From Felis catus (Eukaryota), in NCBI RefSeq assembly GCF_018350175.1, contig NC_058368.1, positions 15,316,001 to 15,380,000 of the forward strand: a stretch of DNA of 64,000 nucleotides, read 5' to 3'. The position numbers and the translations under genes were made by a program. Under the pieces are notes generated by a model. It was given only the letters and a program-made list of their open reading frames with translations, did not search any database and had not been told where the DNA came from. This document shows, piece by piece, positions 10,948 to 23,189 of the stretch (position 1 is its first letter; every line of letters begins with the position of its first letter).

Positions 10948-12498
10948 CTAGTAGGGATGACTTCTGAGAAGTGGGAGTGAGTGAGAAGGAAGATTCAAAG
11001 CCTTTTAGAAGAAGGACAAAGAGATTGGGAAATGCTTATTAGGATGTGAGTGAGACCACATCTAAAGGCCTTGAGAATTTTCAGGAGATGAGGGAGGCTC
11101 TCTCAAACAAAGTCCGAGACTGACAGGTGAGGGCTGAAGAGAGCACAGCCCATTTCTTTGGGTGACACTAGCATATGCTACCTTGGTGTTTCTTCTGTGT
11201 TGGTCTTTCTGTCCCCACTACTTATTGCAGTGTGGAATTATCTTCTTTTTTCCTGCTTGTGAATGATCCACAATATCTTAAGCTCCCTCAGGCAGAAAAG
11301 AGCAATGTCCTGGAGTCGTATTATGCATAGTTCTGTGGGCCAGGTGCTCACTCAAGACCTGCTTCCTCCTTGACCAGTGTTTCCTGATTAGCTTCCTTTA
11401 GGGACGGGGGAGAGAGGGGGACATCTTTTGTAGGCATGGGACCTACATTCCAGAGGTAAGTTTTTCTGGAAAATGATTATTAGAAGTATGTTTGCCATGA
11501 ATATTTTATAGTTAAAGCCCACAATTCTGTTCTCTAACAGGCAAAGGTTCAGGTGGCATGGCTTACATATATCCTGACTGGGCTGCCCCCTGACTTCCTT
11601 CTTTTAGCCTCAGTTTCTTTCTTGAGGAATCAAAGAGCCCTCAAGTAGGTGCTCAGGACCAAGGATGCTGTCAGGTGTCCACACTGGCTTCACAAAATAC
11701 TTGCTTCATCCATCAGGGAGAGAGGCTGTATTTGACCACACAGGAACTCTATCACTTGAATATTCAGAGTGTACCTTCCTTTTGAGTTCATGAATGATTT
11801 AAAATTTTCATCTCATCTGTATATTAATTAGTAGCCTGTTTCCAAAAGCTTAAATGACAACCGGCTCAGGCATCCCATCCTCTGCGGCAGGCCTCTGAGA
11901 GAGTGTGTTTCAAAGAAACTTGGTTTGGGTCCCCACTGACTTTTCTGACATTAAAAAAACAAAACAAAAAACAAACAAAAAAACCCCACAAACCTCCTCT
12001 CTGATTTTTTTTTTTTTTAAGTTCAGGGGACTTGAAATGCTAGACACAGACTATAGGACTTAAAATTTTTAAAGGCATTCCAAAGCTTCTAAGAGACAAA
12101 TCTGGCTTTGGAGTAGACGCTTCTTACTGTTCATAAACCACATATCCAGTCCTTAGTCACAGTCAGAATTAATTTGTATTAAAAAATACAAAGTCAAATA
12201 TGAAGTCACGAAATAATCAATTCTCTTTCAACCTGTATTCTTGCTCCCTGTGTGAGACCCTGGGCTGTTTCCTTAGCACTGCTCCAGCCACTGTGGTCTT
12301 CACTAACTCAGAATGAAAATTTCTCTGGGGCTTCTCCTTACTGCTCTAAGAGTCTAATTATACCATGAGAAGCCAACGGTGCAGAATATCTGAGCTTGGG
12401 TTTCCTGACTTTGCTGCCATGGAGAGAATTTGTATGTGTGGACACAAAGTTGGATTCATCTACATCAATAGTTCCCTAGGGGCCCACAATGAAGGTAG

Positions 12499-12500
<2 letters not shown>

Positions 12501-12530
<30 letters not shown>
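12501..12530. repeat. (GT)15 microsatellite
   Basis: Direct tandem repeat. Confidence 0.97.
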
Positions 12531-12532
<2 letters not shown>

Positions 12533-12664
12533 GGGAGTGTTATGAGTACTATTTTCAAGACTTCAAAAAGCTTGATGGAAACAGCTCATGTGTGTGAAAT
12601 CAAATTATACAGTCTAACTAAACAATGTGTTTCTTGGCTGTGGACTAGAATTCTATTTGGAGAA

Positions 12665-12900
12665 GTTGGATATAGAAAGGATGGATACGTTTTCAAGCCA
12701 GAAAGATTTGGGTTCAACTTGCAGCTCAGTCATTTTCCCACTGTGTGACCTTATGCAAGTTATTAACCTCTCTGATTCTAAGTTTTCTCACTGGGCAAGT
12801 GGGAATAATACCCACCAGGCTGAACAGTTGTGAGATTAAGTAGAATTCTATTTACATAATGTCCAGTACATAGTGGGCACTAAGCAAGTGGGAGTTATGG
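12665..12900 (+). mobile_element. MIR, near full length
   Basis: 'gatttgggttcaa...ctgtgtgaccttatgcaagttattaacctctctg...gggaataata'. Confidence 0.85.
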
Positions 12901-12969
12901 TTACTTTGGTGACCACTGTTCAAAACAGTACAGTAATGCATCACATTCTGATCAGAAGCTTCCATAACA

Positions 12970-13200
12970 TATAGCACTACATTTTATTGTTCTGTTTGTT
13001 CTAGGTCCCTAGTTAAGAGATTTTCATAAATTATCTCACTGAATCCTCATACAAACTCCACAAGATAGACACTATTATTATCCTCATTTTCTGGAAAAGA
13101 AAATAAAAGCTTATGAAGATTTATGATTTTACCAATCACATAGGTAGTAAATAGTACAGTCAGTATTCAAATCCAGCTGGTCTGACTTCAGAACTCTTAG
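12970..13200 (-). mobile_element. MIR, near full length
   Basis: 'tattattatcctcattttctggaaaagaaaataaaagct...attcaaatccagctggtctgacttcaga'. Confidence 0.8.
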
Positions 13201-13202
13201 TC

Positions 13203-13419
13203 TTTTTTTTTTTTTTAATGTTTATTTATTTATTTTCAGAGAGAAAGGCATGAGTAGAGGAGGGCCGGAGACAGAGAGAAGGAAAGAGAGAATGTTAAGC
13301 AGACTCTGCACAATTAGCACAGAGCCAGACACAAGGCTTGATCCCATGAACCATGAGATCATGACCTGAGCAAAAACCAAGAGTCAGAGGCTTAACCTAC
13401 TGAGCCACACAGGTGCCCC
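13203..13419 (-). mobile_element. CanSINE
   Basis: T-tail; head ...gagccacacaggtgcccc. Confidence 0.92.
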
Positions 13420-15260
13420 AGAACCAGTGGGGCACACTTAACCAGTGTGATTAACTGACATCCAGTCATACGTGTCTTTAGAAAATTACCAAAAATTGGG
13501 GGGGGGCAGCTATTGTTTCTTAATATATACAGTTTGCTATTTAAATTCTTTTAAACCATGAGGGCCACAAGGTAAAAAAAATAATGCAGTGGGTCTTAGG
13601 TGATGAAAAAGTTGTGAATGGCCGCGTGAGTAGAGCAGAAATGCTCTTGTCTCTAGAACAGTTTGAAATAGGCTGTGAAAAAAACCCGAGGCATAAAATG
13701 GGTTCAGATAAAGTTTTCTGAAGGAGAGAAAAACAAGAGCAACAGAGCCTCCAATAAGTTTCACATTTGTAAACATGCTCTACGACATGGAAAGTGGGGC
13801 ACCTTCTAAAACCAAAGCCCAAGATGTTCACTTACGGTAGTCAACTGTCAGCTGGGCTATTAACAAGCCACACATAAAATCACTAGGTGTTAAAGAAGCA
13901 TAATGAAATTATTATTTGTTAAATACTCCACAGCCTGAAATGTATGGGTAATCAATGTACATGTAACTAAACATTTGGGGAAAGGAATTACTAATTGTCG
14001 CCTTCTGTATTCCTGAATGATTCAATGGATTTCAGGATCACGGGGTCTCTCAATGTGATGAGCACTGTTCCAGGCTCTTGTTTTATTACAAATCTATAAG
14101 ATTAGGTCATCATAACTGATATGCAAAGAGGTAGGCATTATTATTAATTTAAAATCACATTTACTGAGGTATTATTTATGTATAGTAAATAGCATTCAAG
14201 TGTAGATTTGATGGTTCTTGATAATTCGACACACCATCAAATTATTGTTACAATAAAGGTACAGAATGTTTCCATCATTCCCAGATTTCTTGTGTCCCTT
14301 TGTGCTTCTTCTCTCTCTCCACTCCTGGCCATAGGTGACCACTGATCTACTTTCTGTCACTATAGGTTAGTTTGCATTTTCTAAAGTTTTATGTAAATGG
14401 AATCATACAATATGCATTCTCTTTTCTCTGGCTTTTTTTCAACCTAATTATTCTGAGATTCATTTACATTTATTACTTATAACAAGAACTCATTCCTTTT
14501 TATTTTTTAGTAGTATTTTATGTATAGATATACTTTGTTGCTGTTGCTGTTATGAACACTCATGTATATGTCATCGCATGGACATTTGTTTGCATTTCTC
14601 TTGGGTAAATACCAGAGGAGTGTGGGTCACGTGATAGGTGTATATTTAACATTTTAAGAGACTATCAAATGGTTTTCCAAAGTAGTGTTACCTTTTCTCT
14701 TCCTACCAGCCGTGCATGAGGTTTCCAGTTGCTGCACATCTCACTGATACTAGATACCATCAGTCTTAAATTTTAGCCAGTCTAGAAGGTGTGAAAGGTC
14801 TCTTGTGGTTTTAGTTTACATTTCCTCAATAACTGATGACGTTGAGAACTTTTTATGTGCTAGGTGGCTATTTATATATCTCCTTTGTAAAGTATCTGCT
14901 CAAATCTTTTGCATACTAAAAAAATTGAAGTGTTTGTCTTATTACTGAGTTGTAAGGGTTCTTTATATATTCTAGACACAAGTCTTTAAAATATATACAT
15001 TTTGGAAAAAATGTAATATTTTATCCTACTCTGCAACTTGTCTTTTTATTTTTAATCATGTCTTTTGAGAAGCATACGTTATCAATTTTAATAAAGTGCA
15101 ATTTACGAACTTTTTCTTTTATAGTTGATGTTTCCTGTATTCTAACTAAGAAATCTTTCCCTTCTCCAAGATTATAAAGCTTTTCTTCTTTGTTTTCTTC
15201 TATGAGTTTTACAGTTTTAACTCTGACATTTCGGTTTGTGATTCATTTTTGATTTACTTT

Positions 15261-15466
15261 TTCTTTATTTGGGAGACAGACAGAGAGAGAGCACAAACGC
15301 ATTCCTGTGTGTGAGTGGGGAGGGGGGGTGGGGAGGCAGAGGGAGAGCAAGAAACTCAAGCTCAGCATGGAGCCCGAGGCAGGGCTCAATCCCATGACCC
15401 TAGGATCATAACCTGACCTGAAATCAAGAGTCAGATGCTCAACCCACTGAGCCACCCAGTTGTCCC
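15261..15466 (-). mobile_element. CanSINE
   Basis: TSD ATTTACTTT at 15252-15260 and 15468-15476. Confidence 0.9.
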
Positions 15467-15493
15467 AATTTACTTTGTATGTATGTTATGAGG

Positions 15494-16035
15494 TATATTA
15501 GCTATCTATTGCTGCATAACAAATTACTCTGAAATTTAGCAGTTAAAACAATAAACATTTATTAACTCACACAGTTTCTAAGAGTCAGAAATCTGGGCCT
15601 GGCTTTGCTAGGTGATTCCAGCTCAGGCTTTCTTCTGAGGTTGCAGGCAAACTATTGGTCATGGCTGCAGTCATCAGAAGCCTGACCAGGACAGGAGGAT
15701 GTGCTTTTAGGATGGCTCACTCATATGGCTATTGGCAGAGGGCCTCGATTGCTCATCAAATAAGACTCTCTGCAGGGCTGTCTGGGTCCTTACAGCATTG
15801 CAGCTGACTTCCCCCAGAGCAAATGATCTAACCAAAAATGAGTGAGGAGGAAACCAATTTACCTTTTATAACCTAGTATTCAAAGTTACACACTATCATT
15901 CTCCTAATTCTGTTCATTAGAAGTTGAGTCTCTAAGTCCACTCCACACTCAAGGGAAGTGGAATTAATTTACATTTTCTAAGATGGAAGAGTACTAAAGA
16001 GTGCCAATTTGTGGACATATTTTGAACTGCCCACA
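15494..16035 (-). mobile_element. MaLR solo LTR (MLT1F-like)
   Basis: 'tattagctatctattgctgcataacaaattac...' terminus; 5-bp TSD TGAGG at 15489-15493 and 16036-16040. Confidence 0.85.
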
Positions 16036-16884
16036 TGAGGTAAGGCTTAAAGTTCATTTCTTTCTTTCCCACGTAGATATCCAGTTGTTCTACCATCATT
16101 CGTTGAAAAAATTCTCTTTTTCAGATGAATATCATTAATGGTTATGATTCAAATGCAAACTGAATTTTTTAAAAAACTTAAACCTGTAGCAAAAATTATT
16201 AAAAATAAAGTGTGTGTGTATGTATGTATACACACACACATATATAAAGTTTATATATATGGAAAAATTCAAATGATGGCATTAATTTCTAATAATGTAA
16301 TTTCTGCAAGTTTGCATTTTCACTTTACAGTTGCAGTAATTAATACAATATTGGGACATTAATGTTGAGAGACCTCAGAGATATTAGCTAATTTATCTCA
16401 GTTCTTTTATGGATATAGAGGCAGAAATGCTGGGAGATGAAATGCATGGCTGAGGACATAATACAACACAGAGGCAAATCTGAGAATATTAGCTATTTTG
16501 TCTCCAGGACCAGTAATCCTTCTGATATAGCAAAGTTGAAAAGTCCTTAACATGTCTCTGAAACCATCACATCAAAGTCCATAAGAGGCACGTTTAATCT
16601 CACGTTATTAATTACACTCCTGTGAGGGTCAGTCTTGTTCCCTCCATTCATTTCCTTATTCATTTGGTTTCACCCTCCCACCCATTCAGCCAGCCACTCA
16701 CTTACTGTTTAATTCACAAATATTTGTTGAATATCTTCTATGGGCCAAGCATTGGTCCAAATGTTTGGGATCCAAATACCATAAGCACAATGTCTAGCTT
16801 TCTCCTAAGAGCACCGATGTATCATTTCTCTCTGAAATCAGTTTTTGGACTCCAAGGTCATCTGTCTACCAGGTCATCATTTAG

Positions 16885-17241
16885 TGTTATTAGTCTGCTT
16901 GGGTTGCCATAACAAAATAGCACAGACTGAGGGGCTTAAACAACAAAAATGTATCTTCTCACAGCTCTGGAGGCTAGAAGTCCAAGATCAGGGTGTCAGC
17001 ATGGTTGAGTGCCCTCTTCCTGGCTAGCAGATGGCTCCCTTCACACTGTGTCTTCAGAGGGAGGGGGGAAGATCTCTTTTTCTATCCTCATAAGACCATT
17101 AATCCCATCAGGAGGACTCTACCCTCATAAACTCATCTAAAAATAATTACTTCCCCAAGGCCCTATCTCCAAATACCATCAGGTGGGGTGAAGGCTTCCA
17201 CATGTGAATTTCAGGTTGATACAAACATTTAGTCCATAGCA
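16885..17241 (-). mobile_element. MaLR solo LTR (MLT1A-like)
   Basis: TG...CA termini; 'gccataacaaaatagcacagactgaggggcttaaacaac...ctggaggctagaagtccaagatcagggtg'. Confidence 0.88.
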
Positions 17242-18720
17242 CCCCACAACCAAAACCTCAGAAAAACAGTATTTCCTAGAATTATGAGGACTGCAAATGC
17301 ATGCCAATACTGTATGTGAAAGAACTACAGAAAGAAGCCTTCTGTCACCAGCTTATACCAAACTTTGTAAAGAAATCTGCAAAAGAAAAAGCTAGGACTT
17401 TGGGGGATTAGTTACAGAATATATCACTTCTAGCTGGCATAACTGGGGTGAGCATCATCTGTGTTGAGTGTTTGAGTATGTGTTAGATATTTGAGTTACA
17501 AATCGGCGATTCATTCTGACACTGGAATTAAGGTGCTTTGGTCGGGGTGTGAGCATAAAAATTGCCCTGGTTTATGATGAAATTGTACTTTATGAAGCTT
17601 TATTCCATGCCTTTTATGATTCAGCTATCATCAAAGCATGGAGGGAAGAAGGCTTTGAGATATACCATATGAGAGCAGCTTCCCTCTGAACTCCTTTCCC
17701 TCAGGTTGATGCTCATAATTACCCTGGATGGGTATCCACTAACGAAACCCTCATGAAGCAATTAGATGTCATTTCTTCTTTCTCTCAGCTAATGTGAATA
17801 AAGAATATTAGTAAATCCCACCCATGGTTTTAGAAAAGAGAGGTTTATTTCCACAGTTGGTACAGTCCACTCATGGTATAAAGTCCATCAAATGGGGCTG
17901 CTGTTTTGATGATACAGCTACCCTGTGATAAATACCATGGGCAGCTCAATGGAGGGCACAGAGACAGAGACCACTCTAGGGGAGGCTTAACCTGAGTTCT
18001 GCTATGAATGGAGGATGAAAATGAAAGTTAATTGGCTATACTGTCCATTCATAGCACTGGAAGGAAAAATGGAAATTAAGCGAATAGAAATAGAAAGTTT
18101 CAAACCTGATCTCTGGACCTGTATCCCAAGGATAGGAGTACAACTTTCATCCCAAAGGAGATGACTTTTGTGAGAATAGTTTGTGACACCCCTCATGGAA
18201 GGACAAGAGGTTTCTTAGTTATAAACAGAGACTAACTCTGGAAAGGAATCTGTCAAAGGGATACTGCTTCCTCACAAAACCATGGAGAAAAACCAGGCTT
18301 GAGGACGAAGTCACGAAAGAGACTGAAAGTCACACTGTGCACAGACTAGGTGAGAACACTGTTCTGCAGCTGTCAAGCATTTGATGGGGCAGCTTACACC
18401 CTGCTACCACTGGCCCCGGAGTTGGGGCACCTACTCCTACTGCCTCCGGAAGATTCTGAATTCTTTCTTCTTTGTCTTATGGCTCCCAAGTCAAAGGGAG
18501 CCATTCACTGACTGGCGAAGCCTAGGTTACCTGATTGTGCTTGACCACAAGGGAGGTTGGGAAGGTGAGTATACAGCATTTCAGCTTCCATGTGGAAGGT
18601 AAGCCCTGATTCTCTAAAATTTATATGGGATAGAGGAGGGGGATTCAGGAAACATAATACAGGGTTCAGAACTGGGCAACTCCCTTAAGAAAAAAATCAT
18701 ACTGATTTGAAAAGTTCTGA

Positions 18721-18994
18721 GAAACTTCACAGAAGACCATGGGGGAGGGGAAGGGGGGAAAAAGCTACAGAGAAGGAAGGAGACAAACCATAACAGACCC
18801 TTAAATACTGAGAACTGAGGGCTGATGGGGGTAGGGGAGAGGGGAAAGTAGGTGATGAGCACTGAGGAGGGCACCTATTGGGATGAGCACTGGATGTTGT
18901 ATGGAAACCAAGTTGACAATATATTATATTATATTATATTATATTATATTATATTATATTATATTATATGTATGATAATATAACATATTAAAAG
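18721..18994 (+). mobile_element. 5'-truncated felid L1 3' end with tail degenerated to (TATAT)n
   Basis: 'gggatgagcactggatgttgtatggaaaccaagttgacaat'; AAAGTTCT repeated at 18711-18718 and 18995-19002. Confidence 0.85.
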
Positions 18995-19126
18995 AAAGTT
19001 CTAGTTTCTGATGAAGAAGAAGAAAAAGGTAGTGGTGGTGTCTAAGTGCAGCTGATGACTTGGGGGGGACTAAGCAGCAGAAAGTTCTTTCTCTGCCACA
19101 GAAAAGGATCTTAGAAGGACAGCGTT

Positions 19127-19288
19127 CAGTGGTTCTCAGCCTTGGCTTCAATTAGGATCACGCGGAGAGCTCTCCAAACCTACTCTTGCCAGGGTTCCAT
19201 TCTAGACCGAGTCGAACTTCCTGAAGGCGAATTCTGTTTTAAAATCTCCCTAGTGATTCTAATGTGTGGGTAGGTTTGAGAACCACTG
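19127..19288. mobile_element. MER5-type hAT-Charlie MITE
   Basis: Perfect terminal inverted repeats CAGTGGTTCTCA ... TGAGAACCACTG. Confidence 0.85.
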
Positions 19289-20729
19289 AATTACACCTAA
19301 GGCACCTGAGAAGAGAAACAGATGGGCCCTAAGAGATCATGGTGGGCAGATGCAGAAAGGAGCCCCTTTCAGAGTTCGGTATTTTTGTGATGTAGTGCTG
19401 CTGAGTAACAGGGGGAATCATCTCGTAACTCACCAGCACTTTTAAAGGCCTAACATGATGCAGGCATGCGAGGCTTTTTCAAATCGCAAAACATTGTTGC
19501 ATGATTCGTAAAAGCTTCCTTCTCCAGGCAGTGGAGGGGGGGGGGGTAGCCGTGTAGGTTGAAACCCAGCTCTGGGAGCTGTGGGCTTGCAAACCAGAAC
19601 CAAAGCCCCCCACCCAAACTCTTCTTCATTTGTCCCGGAATGACTCATTCTACTTGAAGCAGGCACGGGGGTGGAAAGTGAGCAAAAGCTGGTCTGGGCC
19701 TTACACGAGATGCCCCAGTGTGCACAGCTGGGCAAAACCCTCCAAGCAGCCCAGGTAGCCCGTTCAGGAAACGCAGAGGGAGGTAACAGCAGGGGAAGCC
19801 ATCTCTGAGCTGAATGCCTTTGTGAATCACACAGACTTTCTGGCCCAGCACAGGCTTTGGCTCAGCCAGGAAAGATCTGGAATACCAAATGCCTCCAGAT
19901 TTATTTAAGAACACTACCTGGGCAAGAAGGAGCTTTGGAATCAAAGTGAATTTCCACAGTGCTAAATTTACTCCATAGTTTCAGATGGAAGATGAAGGAA
20001 AGTAATTAAGCAAAGAATGTGTATCAAGGAGCCAAGCATTTTAATGAAAGAGCCAGTGGCAGCGAGGATCAATATTTGCCTTCCAAAGCAAATATTTCAG
20101 AGGAGATGTTTGGAGCAAGATGGGAGAGGCACTAAGCACAGCAAGCAGAGTGTGAACAGCCCTGCCCTGTGCACTGAGATCCCTCATCAGTCTCTATTTG
20201 CTGGTTAGGAGCGTGATGGATGAAACCACGGCGTGCAAAGCTGCTGTCTCTGCCCTTTGCGCTGCCCCGTTAAGGTGGTTTGGATGTAACCTTGGAGGGT
20301 AGATTCTAAAGGGCAGTGAGCTGATCGATGTTCCCAATTCAGCTACCTGACAGCCACCGCCAGTGAAACCACCCAACTGCTCACGTGTCACTGACTGCTT
20401 GCATCCTCTTTTGAAATGTAACAATGGTGCTGGAATTAATAACGACAACAGAAGCCTTCCGAGTGCTGGTTTACACTTTTGGAGGAAACTCTTGGCTGCA
20501 AGAGGAAATTGAGAAAAAAAAAAAAAAGACCACTAGGAAGATTAGTGGAAATGCATGGTAATAATTAGGCTGCAGAAATACTAAGAACTGAGGATTTCTA
20601 GACCTTTTAAACACCTCTTAACCTGACAGTGACATTATTTAATTTCATAAATTTGAGGAGGAGAAATATACCTTCAAAGGGTAGGTGATTTTCTTTGAGA
20701 TCTATGGTATGGTTTGGATTTGGCACATA

Positions 20730-21213
20730 ATTTAACACATATTTATTGATTGTTGACTATGCTATGTACTGTTGGTACAGGATGAACACTTCAAAGTCCC
20801 CATTCTTACAAAACTAATATTCTGTTAGGAAAGAGAGAAGCATAAAAAATTAACTTCAGGGATGCCTGGGTGGCTCAGTTGGTTGAGCCTCTAACTTCGG
20901 CTCGGGTCATGATCTCAAGGTTGGGTTCATGAATTTGAGCCCTGCACTGGGCTTGCTGCTGTAAGCGCAGACCCCGCCTCCAATCCTGTCTCCCTCGCTC
21001 TCTGCCCCTCCCCTGCTCACACGCTCGCATTCTCTCTCAAAAAAAAAAAACATTAAAAAAAAGTTAATTTCAATCAAATAGTTAGTGATAGGATTGAGGA
21101 AGCAGTGAGAGCTGAGAGCAAAGAGAAGATTGGGAAGTGGTGTGGCACAGGTGATACATAAGCTGAAGTCTAACCTGATAACTTCTTTGAAGAAGGGAGG
21201 GAGTGACCTCTGG

Positions 21214-21215
<2 letters not shown>
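20730..21215 (-). mobile_element. L2 fragment split by a SINE
   Basis: 'aacacatatttattgattgttgactatg...aagtccccattcttacaaaactaatattctg'. Confidence 0.6.
20859..21062 (+). mobile_element. CanSINE
   Basis: Head gggatgcctgggtggctcag; degenerate TSD TTAA(C/T)TTCA. Confidence 0.92.

Positions 21216-21216
<1 letters not shown>

Positions 21217-21256
<40 letters not shown>
21217..21256. repeat. (GT)20 microsatellite
   Basis: Direct tandem repeat. Confidence 0.97.
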
Positions 21257-21259
<3 letters not shown>

Positions 21260-21312
21260 GGGTGGTAAACTGCAAGTGGTTTGTTACTTGCGCAGCCTAA
21301 AGTGCAAATCAT

Positions 21313-21528
21313 GGGGCGCCTGGGTGGCGCAGTCGGTTAAGCGTCCGACTTCAGCCAGGTCACGATCTCACGGTCTGTGAGTTAGAGCCCCGCGTCGGGC
21401 TCTGGGCTGATGGCTCGGAGCCTGGAGCCTGCTTCCGATTCTGTGTCTCCCTCTCTCTCTGCCCCTCCCCCGTTCATGCTCTGTCTCTCTCTGTCCCAAA
21501 AATAAATAAAAACGTTGAAAAAAAAAAA
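21313..21528 (+). mobile_element. Young felid CanSINE
   Basis: 14-bp TSD TAAAGTGCAAATCA at 21298-21311 and 21529-21542. Confidence 0.97.
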
Positions 21529-21682
21529 TAAAGTGCAAATCAGGAAGTATTAGTGTTTGGAGATGGAAGATTGAGGAAGGGGCACATCTCTGAGGGCTCT
21601 TCATGCTAAGCTAGGCAGTTGGAATCCTTCCTAGCACATCAGAGGATCTTAAAATTCATTTGCATTAATTAGAATCATTTAG

Positions 21683-21917
21683 CACCTGACAAACACTACC
21701 TCAGCCAGGTGATCAAGGTCAACACCACTAGCGAGAAATCACGTTGCCAGTACATACCCTTGGTATATGTGATGAAAATGGCACTTTGTGGTCTTCCTCT
21801 CTAAAACCCATAACCCCCGCCTAATCATAAGAAAACACCAGAAAATTCCAGATTGAGAGACATTTGGCAAAACCCCTGACCAGTACTCTTAAACTGTCAA
21901 CGTCATCAAAAACAAGG
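21683..21917 (+). mobile_element. L1MC-like 3'UTR fragment
   Basis: 'acctgacaaacactacctcagccaggtgatcaaggtcaacacc...ctaatcataagaaaacaccag'. Confidence 0.7.
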
Positions 21918-21949
21918 CGGGGGCGGGGGGGAAGAATTACTTAGGATTT

Positions 21950-22463
21950 TGCCACTCCGGAATGTGTGCCCCAGACCAAGAAACTTGGCATAATGTAGGA
22001 GCCCATTAGAAATGCTGAATCTCATCCCCCATAACCACACAAGCAGAATATGCTTTTTTTTTTTTTAAGTGGCCTTCATGCCCAGTGCAGAGCCCAGTGA
22101 GGGACTTGAACTCACAACCCTGAGTTCAAGAGTCCAGTGCTTAACTGAGTGAGCCACCCAGCTGCTCCAAAAGCAGAGTATGCAGAGGCGATCCCATATG
22201 TACAGCTATTTCACTGAAATAGCTTGTTGGAAAATGACTCTGTGATTCTCAGAGTTTGGTCCACTGGACTTGGGGTAAGGCCCTGGAGTCTGTGTTTCTA
22301 ACAAGCATCCCAAATGATCGTGTTGCAGGTGGCCCAGGATTTTAAAGACCTATACCTAGGCCTTACCTAACCAGTAAAATCAGGACCTCCGATTGATGAA
22401 ATCCAGGAATTGGTATTTTCTAAAGCTCCTTGGGTAAGGTGTAGGTAAAATTGAGAACCACTG
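21950..22463. mobile_element. Cluster of MER5-like hAT fragments, one split by a short SINE
   Basis: 'ttagaaatgctgaatctc', 'ttctaacaagcatcccaaatgat', terminal 'tgagaaccactg'. Confidence 0.6.
22054..22168 (-). mobile_element. Short CanSINE lacking the (CT)n region
   Basis: TSD AAGCAGA(A/G)TATGC at 22041-22053 and 22171-22183. Confidence 0.85.
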
Positions 22464-22517
22464 AATTAAAAGGTCATAACCAGGGATGTGACAGGGCCAG
22501 ATTTTCATTCTTGATAA

Positions 22518-22914
22518 TGTTTAAAAACAAAATTCAACTAAGCAAATGTAAAGATCTGACTGTTTTTGACCAATAGTTCCTGAATAGGGGCAAAGTCCCA
22601 TGGGGCAAGCAAAAGGAGCTCTGAGAAACTGTACAAAGGGAAAGGTTTTTATGGGAAGGCAGGTAAGGGGAGGAAGAAGAGAAAAGAAAAGCAAAAGAGA
22701 AGAAGGGATTGTTTCAGACAAGGTCACTTTCCCTTAGGGGAAGGCAGGGAGTCTTATCAGGCAGATTATCTTACTAGTGCTGCTCAGAAAATTCCAGACT
22801 GATTGGTTTAAAATTCCACTCTTGGGAGAGGCTGAAACTGAAGTTAGATTAGTATTAAGTTTTGGTGGGGGCTTAACATAAATAATCTATTTTGGGCCTG
22901 TTTCTTTTTACCAA
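22518..22914 (-). mobile_element. ERV1-type solo LTR (family uncertain)
   Basis: Starts TGTTTAAAAACAAAATTCAAC; resembles carnivore/laurasiatherian ERV1 LTRs; gattgg (reverse CCAAT). Confidence 0.55.
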
Positions 22915-23189
22915 TAGATGTCTTTTTCCAAACGTTCACATCTATTATCTCAGTATTCCTTGATATTAGCACATGTGATATGGTGATTTCTAATAAGACG
23001 TGTATATTTGGTCTTTATCCACTGTCTCTGGCCCACTTCCTAAAGCCCTTGCAATTTCCTATATCGGAGTCATAGGGGCATCTTTGGTATAATATTTTGT
23101 TTTGTTCCTAGTTCCTCAAATAGCAGAAAAGGGTGAAATGGAAGTCTTTTGTTATTCATAACATGCCCCTTTCCTTTTGTTTTTCCTTT

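Larger units (their letters stand above)
14140..16130 (-). mobile_element. L1MB-like 3' end and ORF2 C-terminal region, interrupted by a SINE and an MLT1 LTR
   Basis: 'accactgatctactttctgtcactatag...aatggaatcatacaatatg'; resumes after the LTR with 'taaggcttaaagttcatt...gatatccagttgttctaccatcattcgttgaaaa'. Confidence 0.85.
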
